From assembly GCA_016186395.1 (NCBI GenBank), contig JACPLU010000007.1:1-49925 (forward strand): a DNA stretch of 49,925 nt, given 5' to 3'. Origin of the DNA: Parcubacteria group bacterium (lineage in GTDB: Bacteria; Patescibacteriota; Minisyncoccia; 2-02-FULL-40-12). The notes below the pieces were generated by a model that was not told the DNA's origin, did not search any database, and was given only the letters and a program-made list of their open reading frames with translations. Shown in pieces: positions 8,734 to 15,949 of the stretch. The position numbers and the translations under genes were made by a program. The first letter of the stretch is position 1; each line of letters opens with the position of its first letter.

Positions 8734-10008
8734 TTATAGCATACCTATAATATTTTGCAACCCCACTAACTCGTTCTTACTCTCCTGTCGTTTTTTTATC
8801 TCAACTGAATCGTATTTCAGAGTTTTTTCACTGACAACTAACCGCACGGGACAACCAATTAAGTCAGCGTCAGCAAATCTTTCCCCTGCTGTTTTATCAT
8901 GACGATCGTCATACAAAACCTCAATACCAGATGCTTGAAGATTAGTATAAAGTTTGTTACCCTCATCAAACTTATCGTCCAAAACTATTAACTGAACCCT
9001 AAATGGAGCAACTGATTCTGGCCAAATTATGCCTTTTTGATCATTATGCAGTTCCACAATTGTGGCCATCAATCTTCCAATCCCTATCCCATAAGAACCC
9101 ATCACAACCGGCTTCTTATTGCCAGCGTGATCGGTAAAATAAAGGTTAAATGCTTCGGCATACTTAGTGCCAAGTGGAAAAATATTTCCTACTTCTACAG
9201 ATTTTTTAAAAGTAACTGGCTCACCACATTTAGGACATGCGTCTCCTGCCTTAAGCCTATTAAGCTCTGAATTTTCTGCATATTCACACTTTAAACAAAT
9301 AGCAATAGTGTCTTCCCCAACATCTGACAAAACTTGAAATTCATGAGTGTCACTTAAAGTAAAATCCCCGCCAGCGGCTACAGTATAAATAGATTTCAAA
9401 TCGCATCGATTAAAAATTTTAAAATAGGCATCCTTAACTTTTTGATAATAATTTAAAAGATCTTCTTCCGATACATGAAAACTATAAAGATCTTTCATCA
9501 TAAATTCTCTTCCTCTTAAAAGCCCACTCTTCGCTCTAGGTTCATTTCTAAATTTGGTTTGTATCTGATATGTGGCAAACGGCAGATCTCTATACGAATT
9601 GATATATTTTGCAACAATGGCGGTTATAACTTCTTCATGAGTCCAACCCAATACAAAAGAATCTTGAAACTTAAAACTTGAATCTTGAACCTTAGAATTT
9701 AGCTCATTTTGTGAAACGACTTTAAATCCTATATCAACCTCCCAACGCCCCGAAGCCTCCATAAATTTCTTTTCAATCAAGGCGGGCATAAATACCTCCT
9801 GACCATCTATTTGGTTCATTTCTTTTTTAACAATGTTTATAATATTTTGAGCTACTCGCCAACCAAGAGGTAAAAATGAGTAAACTCCGGCAGAATTTTT
9901 AAATATAAAACCTCCTTGTTCAAGGAGTTTTGCATTTACTGCTACTTCATCTCTAGGCGGTTCTCGTAATGTTTTTGTAAAAAGTTTTGAAAGTTTCAAC
10001 CGATGCAA
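8734..10008 (-). CDS. proS: prolyl-tRNA synthetase, bacterial type without the INS editing domain
   Basis: 424 aa with (M)KLSKLFTKTLREPP and class II motifs. A CxxC...CxxC mini Zn ribbon sits where INS normally lies. The true start is possibly the TTG at 9999. Confidence 0.9.
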   Translation of the reverse strand: MHRLKLSKLFTKTLREPPRDEVAVNAKLLEQGGFIFKNSAGVYSFLPLGWRVAQNIINIVKKEMNQIDGQEVFMPALIEKKFMEASGRWEVDIGFKVVSQNELNSKVQDSSFKFQDSFVLGWTHEEVITAIVAKYINSYRDLPFATYQIQTKFRNEPRAKSGLLRGREFMMKDLYSFHVSEEDLLNYYQKVKDAYFKIFNRCDLKSIYTVAAGGDFTLSDTHEFQVLSDVGEDTIAICLKCEYAENSELNRLKAGDACPKCGEPVTFKKSVEVGNIFPLGTKYAEAFNLYFTDHAGNKKPVVMGSYGIGIGRLMATIVELHNDQKGIIWPESVAPFRVQLIVLDDKFDEGNKLYTNLQASGIEVLYDDRHDKTAGERFADADLIGCPVRLVVSEKTLKYDSVEIKKRQESKNELVGLQNIIGML

Positions 10009-10080
10009 ATATACGAATGAATACGAATTACACTAATAAAATTCGTATCATTAGTATAAATTAGTATATTAGTATCGCGT

Positions 10081-11166
10081 CTAAAAAAATCTACCTATAT
10101 CTCTAATAGTTACCAACACCATTAATCCTAACAAAAATATAAAGCCCGCCGCATTCACAAGCCCTTCTACTTTCTTATCAAGAGCCTTACGCCTTATTTT
10201 TTCTATGGCCAAGAAAAGTAGTCTCCCACCATCAAGAGCCGGAAAAGGAATTATGTTTAAAACTGCCAAGTTTATCGAAAGAATTGAAACAAACTGAATC
10301 AAATAATTAAAACCTAATCTACTTGCCTGTCCGGTAAATGTCGCGATGCCAATCGGTCCGGACACATCAGCCGCAACCTTTCCATGAACAAGAAGATTCC
10401 CAAAGAAAGAACCTAAACCATAAATAACATTCTCCGTCATAATAACCGCCCCGTAAGCCCCCCGCCAAATAGCCTCATACCAAGGATAGGAAACAACAAC
10501 AGTTTTCTTAATTGAAATTCCCGTCGCCCCTTCGCCAGGTGGAGGATTCAAACGAGGAGTAATGTGCTTTTCTAAAAATTCTGACTTTCCTCTTTGAATT
10601 GTAAGAATAATTTCCTGACCACGATTGGAATTAATAAAGTCCTGTATGTCTTTTGCCGAGGTTGGAACTACCGACGACTCCCTAAACTGAAGTTTTGTAA
10701 TTGAATCAAGAATTCTAAGATCAGCTTCTAAAGCCGGGGATTTAGCTGCAATCCCAACAATTTGGATTTTTGGATCACTAGCGTCAACTGGAATAGCACC
10801 ATCTTCGACAGCAATACGTAACCCTAGCCATCCCCCAATGCTCAACAACACTACCGCTAACAGAAAATTCATTAAAACCCCGGCAACCAAAACTTTTGCT
10901 CTTTGTGAAAAAGTTTTCGATGTAAAACTTTTAGGATCGTTTCTACTTTCGCCATCCTCACCATGAACCTTTACGAATCCTCCGAAAGGTATCAAATTTA
11001 ACGAATAGGTAGTTTCTTTATTTTTCCAGCTAAATAGTCGAGGAGGAAAACCAAATCCAAATTCATCAACCCGCATGCCTGCCCTTTTAGCAAAATAAAA
11101 ATGCCCGAACTCATGGACAAGCACCAGAACACTTAAAACAATAATAAAAATAATCGCAGTAAGCAT
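10081..11166 (-). CDS. rseP: RseP-like site-2 (M50) zinc metalloprotease with PDZ
   Basis: 361 aa with HEFGHF in TM1, a central PDZ-like segment and a C-terminal NxxPxxxLDGG motif (NIIPFPALDGG). Confidence 0.85.
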   Translation of the reverse strand: MLTAIIFIIVLSVLVLVHEFGHFYFAKRAGMRVDEFGFGFPPRLFSWKNKETTYSLNLIPFGGFVKVHGEDGESRNDPKSFTSKTFSQRAKVLVAGVLMNFLLAVVLLSIGGWLGLRIAVEDGAIPVDASDPKIQIVGIAAKSPALEADLRILDSITKLQFRESSVVPTSAKDIQDFINSNRGQEIILTIQRGKSEFLEKHITPRLNPPPGEGATGISIKKTVVVSYPWYEAIWRGAYGAVIMTENVIYGLGSFFGNLLVHGKVAADVSGPIGIATFTGQASRLGFNYLIQFVSILSINLAVLNIIPFPALDGGRLLFLAIEKIRRKALDKKVEGLVNAAGFIFLLGLMVLVTIRDIGRFF

Positions 11167-11186
11167 TAAATCACTAAGAACAGACT

Positions 11187-11316
11187 AAGTTGGCAATATC
11201 TTTGCAACAATGGGAGGCGAAGACTGCTTGGTTTCGCCAACGGCGAAAGTCTTCGCCGACCCTTAGCGAGATTACCGCAGGAGTAATCGAGCGTGTTGAA
11301 AAGATGTTGCCAACTT
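11187..11316. repeat. nested-hairpin intergenic element E1 (homologous to 14068-14190, in inverted orientation)
   Basis: Outer 22-bp imperfect inverted repeat, plus inner hairpins GGCGAAGACT/AGTCTTCGCC and GATTAC/GTAATC. Linker words are shared with E3. Confidence 0.7.
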
Positions 11317-11331
11317 AATAGAAATAATTAA

Positions 11332-11889
11332 CTAAACCTGCATCAGTTCCTTTTCTTTTGCATCTCTAATATCGTCAATCCTCTTATTAAAATCATCCAC
11401 TATTTTTTGCAAACTATCTTTAGCTTTGAACCTTTCATCTTCCCGAATCTCACCAATTTTTTCCATTTCCTGAACTTTATGCATAACTTCGTCTCTTATT
11501 CTTCTAACCTTAATCCTAGTCTCTTCAACTTTTTGATGCAAAAGTTTTGTAAATTCTTTGCGTCTTTCCTCTGTCAAAGAAGGAATAACAAGTCTTACCA
11601 CACTTCCATCAACTGAAGGATTCAAACCTAGTTCGCTGTTTTCAATCGCCTTTTCGATCGCTGGAAGAACGGTTTTATCCCACGGCTGAATTTGAATTGT
11701 CCTAGGTTCAGGGATACTCAAAGCCGCTAATTCTTTCAAAGACATCTCCGAATTATAAGCCTCAACCCTTAAGTTTTCTACCATAGATAAAGAAGCCCGG
11801 CCAGTACGAATACCGGATACTTCTTCCTTAAAATATTGAAAAACTTTTTCTAAATCTACTTTTCTTGAGTCAATAATATTTTGAAACAT
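11332..11889 (-). CDS. frr: ribosome recycling factor
   Basis: 185 aa with typical RRF sequence (RTGRASLSMVENLRVEAY..., VIPSLTEERRKE). Confidence 0.95.
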   Translation of the reverse strand: MFQNIIDSRKVDLEKVFQYFKEEVSGIRTGRASLSMVENLRVEAYNSEMSLKELAALSIPEPRTIQIQPWDKTVLPAIEKAIENSELGLNPSVDGSVVRLVIPSLTEERRKEFTKLLHQKVEETRIKVRRIRDEVMHKVQEMEKIGEIREDERFKAKDSLQKIVDDFNKRIDDIRDAKEKELMQV

Positions 11890-11899
11890 CCTTAATTAA

Positions 11900-12076
11900 A
11901 GGATTTACGCGTTTGGCCAAGTTTAAGGCAAAATCGAGTATTGAGCCAAGCCATAGTAGAACTATGGTGAGGATCAAACGGAGATTTTAACGAAAAAGTT
12001 GACCAAACCCTTGTGGCTTGAGCCGTACCAAATCCTGAATCCTTAAAATTTGGTACGACTCAAGCACGTAGATCCT
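11900..12076. repeat. nested-palindrome intergenic element E2
   Basis: AGGATTTACG/CGTAGATCCT outer pair, a ~25-bp second helix, hairpin CCATAGT-AGA-ACTATGG, and the 17-bp hairpin CTTGAGCCGTACCAAAT/ATTTGGTACGACTCAAG. Confidence 0.6.
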
Positions 12077-12088
12077 AAATTGATAATA

Positions 12089-12925
12089 CTATATCTTTAA
12101 CATCCAGGCATCAAGGGCAAAATGTGGATTTAAGTGAGGCTCTGACGCGATAAAATGTAACTGCAATAACGAACTTAAAGAATCAAAAGAAGTTTTTTTA
12201 TTCTCACTTAAAATAGATTCTCTTGATATCCAAAGCCAATTATAAAGTTTGTCTTTTAATATTTTTCTATCCACGCTAAGACTCTTGCTAGCATTAAATC
12301 TTTCTGACAATGAAGATTTAATTAGCTTTAGAAGTTCCCTTTTATTTTCCAAAAATAGCCTTGGGTCATTTATCAATTCTATTGCCCTAGAAAAAGAACC
12401 ATTAGCTAATCTTATAATCTCATCTATTTCAATACTAGTCGTTTTAAATTTACTAGTAATTATAAATTTCTTTAGCTCATCAGCTTTAATGGGTTTAAAT
12501 CTTAAGTTAATAGTTCTAGAAACTATTGTTGGTAAAAGCATTTCTGGCAAATCCGTTATTAAGATTATAAGACTTCGGCCTTGAGGCTCCTCCAAGACTT
12601 TCAAAAATGCATTAGACGCTTCTCTGGTAAGTTGATGCGCGTTATTTACGATAACTATTTTATATTTTCCCACTGGTGTTAAAGAAATAAATCTTTTAAC
12701 ACTGCGGATGGTATCAATGCCAATGTTTTCGTTATAAGGCTCAATAAATAAAACATCCGGATGAGCCTCGATATTTTCTGTATTTAATACTCTTGTGGCT
12801 ATTTCACGAGCTAACGTATGTTTCCCGACACCTTTTATACCAGAAAATAAATAAGCATGAGAAAGACTGTCAGCCTTAATGGCTTTTTCAAAAAAAAGAC
12901 TTATGTGCTTATTTCCGAGGATCAT
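12089..12925 (-). CDS. holB: DNA polymerase III delta-prime subunit
   Basis: 278 aa with an AAA+ clamp-loader fold (HAYLFSGIKGVGKHTLA, SRT sensor motif). Overlaps the murG stop by 4 nt. Confidence 0.8.
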   Translation of the reverse strand: MILGNKHISLFFEKAIKADSLSHAYLFSGIKGVGKHTLAREIATRVLNTENIEAHPDVLFIEPYNENIGIDTIRSVKRFISLTPVGKYKIVIVNNAHQLTREASNAFLKVLEEPQGRSLIILITDLPEMLLPTIVSRTINLRFKPIKADELKKFIITSKFKTTSIEIDEIIRLANGSFSRAIELINDPRLFLENKRELLKLIKSSLSERFNASKSLSVDRKILKDKLYNWLWISRESILSENKKTSFDSLSSLLQLHFIASEPHLNPHFALDAWMLKI

Positions 12926-14058
12926 GACTTTTGATTGGTGAAGTTTATCAAACTTGAAGCAATTTGAACGGCTGCATCTGGTTTTGAAAACTGAGTTAAT
13001 TTTTGTTTTATTTGATTTACAAAATCCGGTTCCATGATACGACTCAATTGATTAATAAAAATATGAGGAGTCAAATTTTCCTCTTCAAGAACGACGGCCC
13101 CAAATTTTTCTATTGCCTTTGCATTTTGAACTTGATCATGAGAAACACTTTCCGGAATTGGAATAACAATAACTGGTTTTCCCAATACCGCAACTTCAGC
13201 TAGAGTGTTTGCTCCAGCCCTTGTAATTATCACATCTGCCAAAGCATAAGAATCAGCCAAGTTTTGTAATTCCAAAAATGGAACAAATTTATAATTAGTA
13301 CTTATTTGAACTCCATAAGAATTTTTCCCCTCTTTGATGAGTTGAGTAGCTGTATTTTGTACATCACCAAAGTCCAACTCGCCCGTTTGATGAATAATTT
13401 GAAAATCTTGAGTAAGCGCCACCAAAGAATTTAAAATTAACTCATTAATTCTGCGAGCTCCTTGAGTACCGCCCAAAACCAAAATTGTCTTTTTGGTTTC
13501 TGAAAACCCAAAAGCACGAAGTGCGTTTTGTTTTAAACCCTTAAAAACTTCGTTTCTCATAGGATTGCCGACCAGAACTAATTTTTTAGAATTAAAAAAC
13601 TTGTCCAAGCCATCAAAGGCTACAAAGATATTTTTTGCAAGCTTAGCAATAACTTTATTAGCTAAGCCGGGATCGTAATCTGATTCATGAGTAAAAATTG
13701 GAATAAGATAAAAAAAACCAGCTAACGAAGGCGGAACGGAAACATAACCGCCCTTAGTAAAAATAACGTCGGGCATAAAAATTAAAATATGCCACAATGA
13801 TTGAATTCCCCCAAGAATAAATTTAAAAGTATCGGTAAAATTTAAAATACTGAAATAACGTCGCCATTTACCGGCAGATATTATTTTACTTCTAATATTT
13901 ATTTTTGCGAATTCATCTACCCATTTTTTATCGTCAGTTAAAACTAAAAATTCAATGCCTGAAGCACTTTGAGCAGATAATCTTTGTAATTCTTCGGCAA
14001 CAGCTACTAACGGATACACGTGCCCGCCAGTCCCGCCACCGACAAGTAGAATACGCAA
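12922..14058 (-). CDS. murG: UDP-GlcNAc:lipid I GlcNAc transferase MurG
   Basis: 378 aa with GGGTGGHVYP at the N-terminus and a GT28 C-terminal domain (TRAGANTLAE). Apparent TTG start. Confidence 0.9.
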   Translation of the reverse strand: MRILLVGGGTGGHVYPLVAVAEELQRLSAQSASGIEFLVLTDDKKWVDEFAKINIRSKIISAGKWRRYFSILNFTDTFKFILGGIQSLWHILIFMPDVIFTKGGYVSVPPSLAGFFYLIPIFTHESDYDPGLANKVIAKLAKNIFVAFDGLDKFFNSKKLVLVGNPMRNEVFKGLKQNALRAFGFSETKKTILVLGGTQGARRINELILNSLVALTQDFQIIHQTGELDFGDVQNTATQLIKEGKNSYGVQISTNYKFVPFLELQNLADSYALADVIITRAGANTLAEVAVLGKPVIVIPIPESVSHDQVQNAKAIEKFGAVVLEEENLTPHIFINQLSRIMEPDFVNQIKQKLTQFSKPDAAVQIASSLINFTNQKS

Positions 14059-14067
14059 AATGGTGTC

Positions 14068-14190
14068 GTGATATTAAGTTTTAAGACACGCTCAACTGCT
14101 CCAGCGGCAGTTTCGCTAAGAGCAATCTCAATTTTCCTATTCAGGAACCAAGCAAATTGAGATTGCTATTGTCTCAAAACCGAATATCAC
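14068..14190. repeat. nested-hairpin intergenic element E3 (homologous to E1)
   Basis: Same architecture as E1, with different helix sequences (AACTGC/GCAGTT; AGCAATCTCAATTT/AAATTGAGATTGCT) but the same linkers (ACACGCTC, TCGCTAAG, GAACCAAGC). Confidence 0.7.
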
Positions 14191-14199
14191 TCAATAGAT

Positions 14200-14493
14200 T
14201 TATAACGCCCCTTCGTCTCTTAATAATTGTAACTTCTTTTTAGTGCCTTTGGCAAAGCCGCCAATTTTTCCGTCAGAACGAATAACTCTGTGACAAGGTA
14301 TAGGGACTTGCCCTGCCCTTGTCTTGCTAAGGGCGGGATTTTTGTTAAGAGCATTACCAACCGCGCGGTAAGCCTGCGGTTGCCCAATTGCTTTTGCGAC
14401 TTGTTTATAAGTCATAGTTTTACCGCGTGAAATTTTAGCCACAACTGCGTATACTTTTTGTTGAAACTCTGTGATTTGTTTAAGTTTATTCAT
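14200..14493 (-). CDS. ogt: methylated-DNA--protein-cysteine methyltransferase (MGMT/Ogt DNA-binding domain)
   Basis: Contains the PCHRVI active-site motif. The ATG at 14493 follows AAGGA by 9 nt. The ORF track extends to a GTG at 14520. Confidence 0.85.
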   Translation of the reverse strand: MNKLKQITEFQQKVYAVVAKISRGKTMTYKQVAKAIGQPQAYRAVGNALNKNPALSKTRAGQVPIPCHRVIRSDGKIGGFAKGTKKKLQLLRDEGAL

Positions 14494-14503
14494 GTTTTGG
14501 GTT

Positions 14504-14535
14504 CCTTCTGCCCACGGCACTTCTAATTATTTTTA
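14504..14535. repeat. module-junction motif copy M0 (degenerate)
   Basis: ctgCCCACGGCACTTCTAATtatttttacc closely matches copy M3 (CCCATGATACTTCTAATattttattcc). Confidence 0.5.
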
Positions 14536-14542
14536 CCACGGG

Positions 14543-15199
14543 TCATGCGGATTGTCTTAGAATTTCTGCTGCTTTTCCTGGATTACCTCTACCTATCGGA
14601 AAATAACATGGCATTACCGGGATACCTAATCCAGAAACTGCTTCTGCAATTTTCTCCCATGAGCCATTCTGATAATCGGCTAGCCTTATACTCTTCCCTG
14701 TCAGTGTCTTATATACCAATCCGCCAAATGCTACGATTGCTTTCGGTTTCACCGTTTTAATTTCCTCCGCCAGTAATTTCAGCTGTTCTTTAATTATCGC
14801 CTTGGCAGGATAAGCACTGTGGTTATAACAACACTTCACGATATTCGTCAGAAATAATTTATTTCCAACCAATTCTCGCTTAATCTGTTCTGTATGGTTA
14901 TCGTTCCAATTTTTTCTTAACGGCAATCCGTAAGCAACTTTTTTATCAATCACACCGCCATCCGCCAATACTTTCCAGAATTGTCTTACACCTATAAACG
15001 GGAACCTATCTCCAAGATACCTTGAATCGGAACTTAAATTTCTGTATGTCGGATTTATCAGAATTAACATCAATTTCGGATTCATCGCACCATAACCATG
15101 AATATGCTGTAACTTGTTCCTTTCCGCTTTACAAAATTTGCATCTATCTACTTGTTGGTATAATTTTTGTAATTCCATGTTTCTCATGACCCATGACAC
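14543..15199 (-). CDS. uracil-DNA glycosylase superfamily protein (family 4/5-like)
   Basis: 218 aa with CKFC near the N-terminus, LILINP..., LTNIVKC and AFGG motifs. The start is uncertain (GTG 15199, ATG 15187 or ATG 15178). Confidence 0.75.
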   Translation of the reverse strand: MSWVMRNMELQKLYQQVDRCKFCKAERNKLQHIHGYGAMNPKLMLILINPTYRNLSSDSRYLGDRFPFIGVRQFWKVLADGGVIDKKVAYGLPLRKNWNDNHTEQIKRELVGNKLFLTNIVKCCYNHSAYPAKAIIKEQLKLLAEEIKTVKPKAIVAFGGLVYKTLTGKSIRLADYQNGSWEKIAEAVSGLGIPVMPCYFPIGRGNPGKAAEILRQSA

Positions 15200-15207
15200 T
15201 TTTGTGG
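15183..15207. repeat. module-junction motif copy M1
   Basis: CTCATGACCCATGACACTTTTGTGG, a tandem CATGACM heptamer followed by TTTTGT. Confidence 0.7.
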
Positions 15208-15211
15208 CTTA

Positions 15212-15240
15212 TTGACTAGTCTATGCGAATTTTATAGTAT
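15212..15240 (+). promoter_or_regulatory. sigma70-type promoter for the 15269 ORF
   Basis: TTGACT-N17-TAGTAT, followed by the AAGGAGG SD at 15255-15261. Confidence 0.55.
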
Positions 15241-15268
15241 ATCCACAGAGCATTAAGGAGGTACAATC

Positions 15269-15502
15269 ATGAATGCAAATCAGAAGTCAGAACTCCAACA
15301 GCTCCTTGAAAAAAACGCATACGGCACTGGATTATCTCCAGAAAAACAGAGTCGCGCTCATCAGCTCATTGCCAATCCTGACTTATCGGAAAAAAATTGC
15401 TGGGTCTGTGAAATATCACGTCCTGACGATACTCAAAAAGCTATTTTTGATACCGGACTTTGCCAAGGACACGCCCGCTATGCGTTAGTCACAAGGAAAT
15501 GA
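15269..15502 (+). CDS. hypothetical small protein (77 aa, CxxC...C..H)
   Basis: A strong SD (AAGGAGG) lies 7 nt upstream of the ATG and an intrinsic terminator follows directly. No family recognised. Confidence 0.6.
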   Translation: MNANQKSELQQLLEKNAYGTGLSPEKQSRAHQLIANPDLSEKNCWVCEISRPDDTQKAIFDTGLCQGHARYALVTRK

Positions 15503-15510
15503 TTGCTTCG

Positions 15511-15536
15511 GAGCCGCCATTGCGGCTCTTTTTCTT
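15511..15536 (+). terminator. intrinsic terminator
   Basis: GAGCCGC-CATT-GCGGCTC followed by TTTTTC. Confidence 0.8.
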
Positions 15537-15597
15537 TTCCCTACGCCCCATTACACCCAATACACTTCTCCCGGTAAAGAAATGCCGCATAAAATTA

Positions 15598-15626
15598 TTT
15601 ACAATCATTATTTGTCTTGATATTCT
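15598..15626 (+). promoter_or_regulatory. promoter P1 of the tRNA-like RNA
   Basis: TTTACA-N17-TATTCT. The predicted TSS (~15633) coincides with the first base of the 12-bp terminal helix. Confidence 0.5.
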
Positions 15627-15632
15627 GAATCT

Positions 15633-15710
15633 GCGGTGGGGGTGGCTTAGTTGCGGGATTCGGCTTACCATCCAGAGTCCTCGGGGTGCAAATCCCCGCA
15701 CCTCCACCGC
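15633..15710 (+). ncRNA. tRNA-like RNA resembling a tmRNA tRNA-like domain (acceptor helix, GGAUUCG box, T-arm, ACC end) with no anticodon arm or mRNA-like domain
   Basis: GCGGTGGGGGTG (15633-15644) pairs with CACCTCCACCGC (15699-15710). The T-arm is CGGGG-TGCAAAT-CCCCG (15682-15698). GGGATTCGGC resembles the tmRNA GGAUUCGAC box. Confidence 0.5.
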
Positions 15711-15734
15711 ATCAAAGGATATCCACATAACTTA

Positions 15735-15762
15735 TTGACAGAATTTTACATTTTGCTATACT
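15735..15762 (+). promoter_or_regulatory. promoter P2 (extended -10)
   Basis: TTGACA-N16-(TGc)TATACT. Near-duplicate of P3. Confidence 0.65.
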
Positions 15763-15768
15763 TAACGC

Positions 15769-15840
15769 AGATGGTAAGCCGAATCCGCTTCTAAGTTAGG
15801 ATTCCTGGAAAGCCGCAGAAATGCGGTTTTTTGGTTTTTT
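15769..15840 (+). ncRNA. ~70-nt small RNA; its 5' 28 nt are complementary to the internal loop of the tRNA-like RNA
   Basis: GATGGTAAGCCGAATCCGCTTCTAAGTT (15770-15797) is the imperfect complement of 15644-15672. Also has hairpin GAATCC/GGATTC and terminator CCGCA-GAAA-TGCGG plus a U-run (15811-15840). Confidence 0.55.
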
Positions 15841-15915
15841 AGTAACCAACCGCAGGCCTGCCGAAGCCTCGGCATAGGTGGGGATTTTCTTTATTTTAAG
15901 CCATTTTTTCAGCTA

Positions 15916-15943
15916 TTGACAAATTCTGTCAGTTTGCTATACT
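15916..15943 (+). promoter_or_regulatory. promoter P3 (extended -10)
   Basis: TTGACA-N16-(TGc)TATACT. The predicted TSS context cAGAT is the same as at P2. Confidence 0.65.
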
Positions 15944-15949
15944 TATTTC

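Noticed and set aside
2780-13678. Numerous 60-110-aa plus-strand ORFs inside serS, lysS, PBP2, mreB, proS, frr, holB and murG
   Set aside because: All are antisense to well-supported housekeeping genes and have low-complexity Ser/Leu/Phe-rich translations typical of AT-rich antisense frames.
15633-15710. Canonical tRNA gene or standard/permuted tmRNA gene
   Set aside because: The 37 nt between the acceptor and the T-arm cannot form D and anticodon arms in any register I tried. The segment order (5' acceptor, D-box, T-arm, 3' acceptor) is neither a full ssrA (no tag ORF or pseudoknots) nor the acceptor-piece-first order of permuted ssrA genes.
15489-15728. 79-aa minus-strand ORF and 92-aa plus-strand ORF (15460..15738) across the tRNA-like RNA region
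   Set aside because: They overlap a terminator, a promoter and the helices of the tRNA-like RNA. They have no RBS and an odd Arg/Gly/Pro-rich composition, which fits GC-rich RNA structure better than coding sequence.
15769-15840. tracrRNA-like RNA (anti-repeat, hairpins and terminator architecture)
   Set aside because: The window contains no CRISPR array, repeat-spacer structure or cas gene. The complementary partner is a single site in the tRNA-like RNA.
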